A stretch of 14,853 bases of DNA, taken from assembly GCA_051382335.1 (NCBI GenBank), contig JBBCAX010000352.1, positions 1-14,853 of the forward strand, in the 5' to 3' direction. Shown here one piece after another: positions 1 to 5,998 of the stretch. The position numbers and the translations under genes were made by a program. This stretch comes from Deltaproteobacteria bacterium TL4 (GTDB taxonomy: Bacteria > SAR324 > NAC60-12). A model generated the notes under the pieces. That model worked only from the letters and a program-made list of their open reading frames with translations, ran no database searches and was not told the DNA's origin. Within the stretch, counting starts at the first letter, position 1. Every line of letters begins with the position of its first letter.

Positions 1-305
1 ACATCCTTGAAGGTGAGATAAATCACCGGATACTGCCCTTGCCTGGCCATGAGTTCCGGATGCCGCTCAATCGCCAACCCTGCAAACAGCGCGGTGTTGG
101 CAGGTTCCGTTTTTTCAAAGAAGTACCTCAGCATGGAAAGATTCAAAGTTTTCCCAAAGCGTCTTGGACGGGGCAGGAGGAGTACTTTATCCCCACATTC
201 CAGCACCTCCTGAATCAAAAGACTCTTGTCCACATAGGTGTACGACTTTTCTATCAATTCCTTGAAATCCGATAACCCGATCGGAAGTTTGCGTTTGAGT
301 GTCAT
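1..305 (-). CDS. AAA-ATPase_like (PF09820-type) protein, N-terminal part, running off the left edge; this family usually carries a C-terminal PD-(D/E)XK domain
   Basis: Not in the ORF track. Manual translation from the ATG at 305-303 gives MTLKRKLPIGLSDFKELIEKSYTYVDKSLLIQEVLECGDKVLLLPRPRRFGKTLNLSMLRYFFEK...QGQYPVIYLTFKDV, with the family motifs LPIG.SDF, YVDKS, RPRRFGKT (Walker A) and YPVI.L.FKD. RBS-like GAAAGGAA on the - strand at about 311-318. Confidence 0.93.
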   Translation of the reverse strand, partial: MTLKRKLPIGLSDFKELIEKSYTYVDKSLLIQEVLECGDKVLLLPRPRRFGKTLNLSMLRYFFEKTEPANTALFAGLAIERHPELMARQGQYPVIYLTFKD

Positions 306-360
306 CACTGTTCCTTTCTCTGCTTGCCTTTACGGCAAAAAATCTATAAAAGACAAGCAT

Positions 361-395
361 AGTCTCCCCGAAGCCGAAAAACAAGCAGGGAGACT
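361..395. promoter_or_regulatory. Inverted repeat in the divergent intergenic region (possible operator or hairpin)
   Basis: AGTCTCCC (361-368) and GGGAGACT (388-395) are perfect 8-bp inverted arms. Function is not determinable from sequence. Confidence 0.3.
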
Positions 396-598
396 GAAAA
401 AAATTAGAACCCCAAACCCATTTTCCAGGGAGAACCCACGCGGTTCTGGACTCCGAATTAATAAAATCAAAAGAGCGAAAAAAAAGGGAAGCCCTGGCCA
501 AACTTACGACCAAGCCCAGATTATTGAAGATCACCACAAAGCAGAGTTCATCACTCCCATTCCCAAGCCCAGAAGACAGAGTGGAAACGTTCAGTAAC

Positions 599-604
599 AA
601 GGAG
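599..604 (+). promoter_or_regulatory. Ribosome-binding site for the DUF499 gene
   Basis: AAGGAG ends 6 nt before the ATG at 611. Confidence 0.75.
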
Positions 605-610
605 TTAACA

Positions 611-3600
611 ATGAAAACTATTCGTAGTGCTTGCAAGCTACATCCCAAAGCTCTAGACATTAATGTTGGAGATCAGATCGAACAACTCGATCAGATCATT
701 CATGAAACCAATGGTCAGGAGTATTTCAACAAGACGTTCATTACGGATGGGATGAAGACCCTCCTCTCAAAAGGAATGGCTCGTCTGGCGGGTAAATCGG
801 TGACTCTGTGTTTCATCTGAAACAGGCGATGGGTGGGGGTAAAACACACGTAATGGTTGGTTTTGGACTACTTGCGAAAGACCCTGTTCTCCGTTCCAAG
901 CTGATTGGCGACGTACCCTGTCAGTCCAACTTTAGCACAGCAAAGATCGCGGCCTTCAATGGGAGAAACAATCCCCATACCTATTTATGGGGGGAAATCG
1001 CTCGTCAGCTTGGAAAGGAAGCTTTGTTTCGGGAATACTGGGAAGCTGGAGCCAAAGCTCCTGATGAGCAGGCCTGGTTGAAACTGTTTGAAGGAGAGGA
1101 TCCCATTCTCATTCTGCTGGATGAAATGCCGCCTTACTTTCACTACTATAACACGCAAGCCTTAGGTCAGGGAACGGTAGCGGATGTGATCACCCGTGCC
1201 TTTTCAAACATGCTGACTGCCGGACAAAAGAAAAAGAATGTCTGTATTGTGGTGTCTGATCTGGAAGCGGCTTATGACACCGGAGGCAAGCTGATTCAAC
1301 GAGCGCTTGACGACGCCACGCAGGAAGTGGGCCGGGCCGAAGTGAGCATCACACCGGTCAATTTGGAATCGAATGAGATTTACGAAATTCTCAGAAAGCG
1401 TCTTTTTTTGTCTCTTCCCGACAAAAGTGAAATTGCGGATATTTCTGCGGTGTATGCGGGGCGTCTGGCTGAAGCGGCAAAAGCAAAAACGGTGGAACGC
1501 AGCGCTGAATCTCTTGCTAATGAAATTGAATCAACCTATCCCTTTCACCCAAGCTTCAAAAGCATTGTCGCGCTCTTCAAAGAAAATGAGAAGTTCAAAC
1601 AGACTCGGGGGTTGATGGAACTGGTTTCCCGTCTTCTGAAATCGGTTTGGGAAAGTTCCGACGATGTCTATCTCATTGGAGCACAGCATTTTGACATTTC
1701 TATCAATGAGGTCCGGGAGAAACTTGCGGATATCTCTGAAATGCGTGATGTCATTGCCAAAGATCTCTGGGACTCCACATCCAGCGCTCACGCGCAGATC
1801 ATTGATATTGCCAACGGTAACAACTACGCGAAACAGGTTGGAGCCCTGCTCCTGACGGCAAGTTTGTCCACCGCTGTCAATTCGATCAAAGGTCTTTCCG
1901 AAAGCGAAATGCTTGAATGCCTGATTGATCCCATTCATCAGGCCAGTGATTTTCGGACAGCGTTTACGGAACTTCACAAATCCGCCTGGTATCTGCACCA
2001 GACTCAAGAAGGAAGAAGTTATTTCGATCATCAGGAAAACCTGACCAAGAAACTTCAGGGATATGCGGACAGAGCGCCGCAAAATAAAATTGACGAGCTG
2101 ATTCGCCATCGTATGAACGAAATGTACAAGCCTACAACCAAAGAAGCTTACGAGCGCATCCTCTCGCTTCCTGAAATGGATGAGGCGGATGCCGTATTGA
2201 AAACCAGTCGGGCCTTGCTCATCATTAGCCCTGATGGAAAAACTCCTCCTGGAGTGGTTGCCAATTTTTTCAAAGGTCTCATCAACAAAAATAATGTGCT
2301 TGTGCTCACCGGTGACAAGTCCTCGATCGCCAGTGTTGAAAAAGCGGCTCGTCATGTTTATGCGGTGACGAAGGCTGATAGCGAAATTGCCGCTTCTCAT
2401 CCTCAGCGCAAGGAACTCGACGAGAAGAAGGCCCAATATGAACAGGATTTTCAAACCACCGTTCTGGCCGTTTTTGACAAACTCCTTTTTCCGGGAAACA
2501 CTCAGGGGCAAGATATTCTTCGAGCAAAGGTTCTGGACAGCACTTATCCTTCCAACGAACCCTACAATGGTGAGCGGCAGGTCATCAAAACCCTGACTTC
2601 TGACCCCATCAAGCTCTATACTCAAATCCCTGAAAACTTTGATGCCTTGAGAGCCAGGGCCGAACAACTGCTCTTCGGTTCTCAGAATGACGCGCGAAAA
2701 ACGGACCTGCTGGATAAAATGAGGCAGAAATCCCAAATGCCGTGGCTGCCGTCAAAAGGTTTTGACCAGTTGGCTCAGGAAGCGTTTCAACGCGGTCTTT
2801 GGGAAGATATGGGAAACGGTTACCTCACCAGAAAGCCCAAAGCGAAGCTGACCGAGGTTGTCGTTTTCCCTGACAGCAATCCTGACGACATGGGTAAGGT
2901 GCGTCTCAAGATTGATGTGGTCAATTCGGGAAACAGCCCCAAAATTCATTACCAGGAGGAGGATGGTGCCGTTTCGGAAAACAGCCCTGTACTCAAGGAT
3001 ACCGTTTTGATGACCAAGGCTCTGCGCGTGCAGTTTCTTGCGGTGGATCCCACTGGTAAAAATCAGACAGGAACGCCAACCACCTGGACCAACACACTGA
3101 CCATTCGAAACCGCTTCAACGAAAATTTCAGGACAGTGGAACTTTTTGTCGCTCCCAAAGGAACCATTCGCTATACCCTTGATGGCTCGGAAGCCCGTAA
3201 CGGTATGGATTACACAGGTCCCATTGAAATTGGTGAGGGCGACGCGACCGTCTATGTCTTTGCGGAATGTGAAGGCCTTGAGGCAAAACGAAACTTCACT
3301 TTCGCTAAGTCGGGTTCAAAAGAAATTTTAATCATTGCGGAAAAACCGGCACAGCTTTATAGTCCTACACCAAAGCGTATTGATAATTCCGCAAAGACCT
3401 ATGAAGGGCTGAAGATTGCCAAGGAGAGAAACATCACTTTTGAACAGGTGACCTTGATGCTTGGGTCTTCTCCCAAAGTGATTCACTTGTCCATCGGGGA
3501 AATGAAAATTGACGCGGAGTTCCTCGAAAAGGAACTCTCTCACCTTCAAACCCTGCTCTCAGCGGATGCGCCTGTGGTCATGCAATTTAAAAAAGCCTAC

Positions 3601-3681
3601 ACGCCTACCGGTTATGACCTGGAGCAGTTTGCAAAAAAAATGGGCATTGAAATTGGAAACGGAGAGGTGATTCAGGAATGA
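611..3681 (+). pseudogene. DUF499 anti-phage-associated AAA+ ATPase (restriction-like system gene 1), split by a 1-bp frameshift near 800; main ORF 808-3681
   Basis: The 611-820 frame gives MKTIRSACKLHPKALDINVGDQIEQLDQII...GMARLAGKS. The downstream frame continues GDSVFHLKQAMGGGKTH (Walker A), ILLDEMPPY (Walker B), YPFHP and FKQTRGLM, and has a C-terminal beta-rich TIRYTLDGS region. Adding one base gives a 1023-aa protein. The frameshift may be a sequencing error. Confidence 0.88.
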
Positions 3682-3687
3682 TTAGGG

Positions 3688-3750
3688 GTTAGCCGTTAGC
3701 CGTTAGCCGTTAGCCGTTAGCCGTTAGCCGTTAACCGTTAGCGGTTAGTT
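3688..3750 (+). repeat. Heptamer tandem repeat (GTTAGCC)x6 plus 3 degenerate units
   Basis: Six perfect GTTAGCC units at 3688-3729, then GTTAACC, GTTAGCG and GTTAGTT. Confidence 0.97.
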
Positions 3751-3791
3751 TTCGAGTATAAAAAAAACTTTTTTTAGTGTTCTTCGTGTTG

Positions 3792-3896
3792 CTTAATGCG
3801 GGACATTGGTAGGCGGGGATTACATGCCCCGCTTTTCTGAGCGCTGAGTTTGCCGGACACGTAGTTCCGGCCTACCCTCAAGTGTCCCAGATTAAG
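3792..3896. mobile_element. MITE-like element with imperfect terminal inverted repeats enclosing an inverted GTAG-REP doublet (REPIN-like)
   Basis: CTTAATGCGGGACATT (3792-3807) matches the reverse complement of 3881-3896 at 13/16 positions, with TTAA at both ends. Internal arms are GTAG-GCGGGG-attacatg-CCCCGC (3809-3832) and, on the - strand, GTAG-GCCGGA-actacgtg-TCCGGC (3875-3852). Confidence 0.65.
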
Positions 3897-3903
3897 TGAA
3901 TAG

Positions 3904-3944
3904 CCAAAACCTAAAACCTAAAACCTGACACCTAAACGCTAAAC
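3904..3944 (+). repeat. Degenerate heptamer tandem repeat (CTAAAAC-like, about 6 units), opposite in orientation to the 3688 array
   Basis: CCAAAAC CTAAAAC CTAAAAC CTGACAC CTAAACG CTAAAC. The CTAA core is the reverse complement of the TTAG core of the upstream array. Confidence 0.8.
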
Positions 3945-4532
3945 ATGAACGACACGATTGATTTTGGAGCGCCATCCGTTTTCGGGAGACATCACTTTGT
4001 GGTAGAAATTCCAGCAAGCCCCAAAGAGGCCGTCTGTATCTTTGAAGATTTTGGCTTTGACGGAGATGAAACCCGTCGTGAAACGACCGAATGCCGGGTT
4101 GTACTTGCCAGGGAACTTTGGAACAAAATCAGGGATGATGCCCGACGGGATTTTAACGCTCGCCTGAAAACAAAAAAAATGAGCACCGGTTCCTGGAATG
4201 TCGGCAGAGTGAAACTGGATCGATTTCTAGGCCGTGAGCTCTGTATTCTTGCCTGGGCGGCAGAACATGCCTCACCACAGGAATGCCCCGTCCTCTGTCA
4301 GAAATGGCTGGCCTTGAGACCGGAAGAACGCTGGTGGCTTTACTCGAAAACAGCTTCTGAAGCGGGTCAGGCTCCTGATAAGGATCGGGGTTGGAGGAAG
4401 GCTCTGTATTGTGCTCTGTCTGATGGGCTTGGTATCCGTGTTGATCAGAAAATCAAACCTCAGAAACGAAAGCCTTCCGAACAGGAATCAATGTCCCTTT
4501 TTGATTTGATGAATGAAAAAGGCACCCTATGA
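3945..4532 (+). CDS. DUF3780 anti-phage-associated protein (restriction-like system gene 2)
   Basis: 195 aa with DFGAP..FG.HHF.VEIP, RRDFNARLK, LDRFLGRELCILAWAAE, WLALRPEERWWLY and GWRKALYCAL. It lies between DUF499 and DUF1156. Confidence 0.9.
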   Translation: MNDTIDFGAPSVFGRHHFVVEIPASPKEAVCIFEDFGFDGDETRRETTECRVVLARELWNKIRDDARRDFNARLKTKKMSTGSWNVGRVKLDRFLGRELCILAWAAEHASPQECPVLCQKWLALRPEERWWLYSKTASEAGQAPDKDRGWRKALYCALSDGLGIRVDQKIKPQKRKPSEQESMSLFDLMNEKGTL

Positions 4533-5998
4533 ACGAAAAACGGATACAGCAACTGATCGCCGGAAGTGAAACCGTGCAGGTGGAGTTCAAAACCTGTCGG
4601 GATGCACTCAATAAGGACGTTTATGAAACGATTTGCGCCTTTCTGAACCGTGCGGGCGGAGAACTTCTGCTGGGCGTGAATGACAAGGGAGTGCTTACAG
4701 GAATTAACCCTGATGCCCTCGAGCAGATCAAAAAAGATTTTGTCAACACCATCAACAATCCTTCCAAACTCAGTCCTTCCGTCTATTTGTCGCTGGAGCA
4801 GGTTGAAATTGAAGGAAAACTCGTTTTGTACGTTTACATTCCTGAAAGCTCACAAGTTCACCAGTGCAATGGAAAAATCTTTGACCGCAATCAGGATGGA
4901 GACTTTGATATCACAGGCCGACAGGAACGGATCGCCAATCTTTACCTCAATAAACAGAAAGCCTTCACGGAAAATCTGATCTATCCCTATTGTGAACTGG
5001 CCGATCTGCGCCCTGAGTTGATGGAGCGCGCCCGCAGAATGGCAAACTTCGAGAGAAAAAATCATCCCTGGAATACGCTCAATGATATGGACTTACTGAA
5101 AAGCGCCAGTCTGTATGGCAGAGATCCGGAGACTGGAAAAACGGGAATCACGTTGGCGGGCATTCTGCTGTTTGGAAAAGATGAAACGATCGGGTCAACG
5201 ATTTCCCACCATAAGACCGACTTAATCCTGAGACGGCATAACCTGGACCGTTACGATGATCGGGATGTGGTGCGCACCAACCTGATCGAAAGCTATGACC
5301 GCATTATGGCTTTTGGACAGAAACACCTGCCCGATCCCTTTTATCTGGAAGGCACGCGGCGGATCAGTATCCGCGACAAGATCATGCGGGAAATTGCCGC
5401 CAACATGCTGATGCACCGGGAATATGTAAAAGCCTACCCCGCAAGACTGATCATTGAAAGAACCAGAATTTACGCTGAAAACAGCAATCGACCTCATGGG
5501 ATGGGGAAGATGGATCTGGCCAATTTCATGCCTTACCCCAAAAATCCCGCGATTGGAAAAGTGTTCAGCGAAATAGGGCTGGCAGACGAACTGGGGTCTG
5601 GTGTGAGAAACCTCCTGAAATATGTACCCGAATTTTCCCGGTCTGATCCTGAAATGATTGAAGATGACCTGTTCAAGGTGATCATTCAACTGCCTGATTT
5701 TTTTATCATCCGTGAGAATGGGGATGTTACCCCCCAAGTCACAGGGCAAGTTAGTGAGCAAGTTAGTGAGCAAGTTAGTGAGCAAGTTAGAAGGATAGAA
5801 AACATTGTGCGATTTTGCCAAATTCCACGTTCAAAAAGTGAGATTCTGGAACATCTTGAATTGGCTGTCGTTTATTTAAACTATAAGCGACATATTCTTC
5901 CCTTGATTGAAGCGGGTCGCCTGCAACTGACTATTCCAGATAAACCCAACAGTCCCAAACAAAAATACATCACCGCAAAGGAGCAACCCCATGCTTGA
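4529..5998 (+). CDS. Schlafen/AlbA_2 domain + HATPase_c_4 (RecG C-terminal-like) + C-terminal HTH protein
   Basis: 489 aa. N-terminal ETVQVEFK...ETICAFLNRAGGELLLGVND (AlbA_2), central REIAANMLMHREY, PKNPAI and ELGSGVR (HATPase_c_4), and C-terminal TIPDKPNSPKQKY. ATGA overlap with the DUF3780 stop. Confidence 0.88.
   Translation: MNEKRIQQLIAGSETVQVEFKTCRDALNKDVYETICAFLNRAGGELLLGVNDKGVLTGINPDALEQIKKDFVNTINNPSKLSPSVYLSLEQVEIEGKLVLYVYIPESSQVHQCNGKIFDRNQDGDFDITGRQERIANLYLNKQKAFTENLIYPYCELADLRPELMERARRMANFERKNHPWNTLNDMDLLKSASLYGRDPETGKTGITLAGILLFGKDETIGSTISHHKTDLILRRHNLDRYDDRDVVRTNLIESYDRIMAFGQKHLPDPFYLEGTRRISIRDKIMREIAANMLMHREYVKAYPARLIIERTRIYAENSNRPHGMGKMDLANFMPYPKNPAIGKVFSEIGLADELGSGVRNLLKYVPEFSRSDPEMIEDDLFKVIIQLPDFFIIRENGDVTPQVTGQVSEQVSEQVSEQVRRIENIVRFCQIPRSKSEILEHLELAVVYLNYKRHILPLIEAGRLQLTIPDKPNSPKQKYITAKEQPHA
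5746..5790 (+). repeat. 12-bp intragenic tandem repeat (GCAAGTTAGTGA)x3.75 encoding a QVSE linker repeat
   Basis: Units start at 5746, 5758 and 5770, with a partial unit at 5782. The protein reads TPQVTGQVSEQVSEQVSEQV. Confidence 0.95.

Noticed and set aside
500..600. Sigma70 promoter for the operon (TTGAAG at 524)
   Set aside because: There is no convincing -10 hexamer at the proper spacing.
39..660. Track ORFs 39-275(+), 187-660(-), 238-597(+) and the 524 start of 524-820(+)
   Set aside because: They have no recognisable motifs and overlap the real - strand AAA gene or the intergenic spacer. The RBS supports ATG 611 rather than 524.
1531..2736. 401-aa antisense ORF, and other antisense or out-of-frame ORFs such as 5222-5821, 7221-7838 and 13410-14111
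   Set aside because: These are shadow frames of well-supported + strand genes and show no protein motifs.
3688..3944. CRISPR array or telomere-like repeat
   Set aside because: The units are 7 bp in direct tandem with no spacers, and there are no cas genes in the window.
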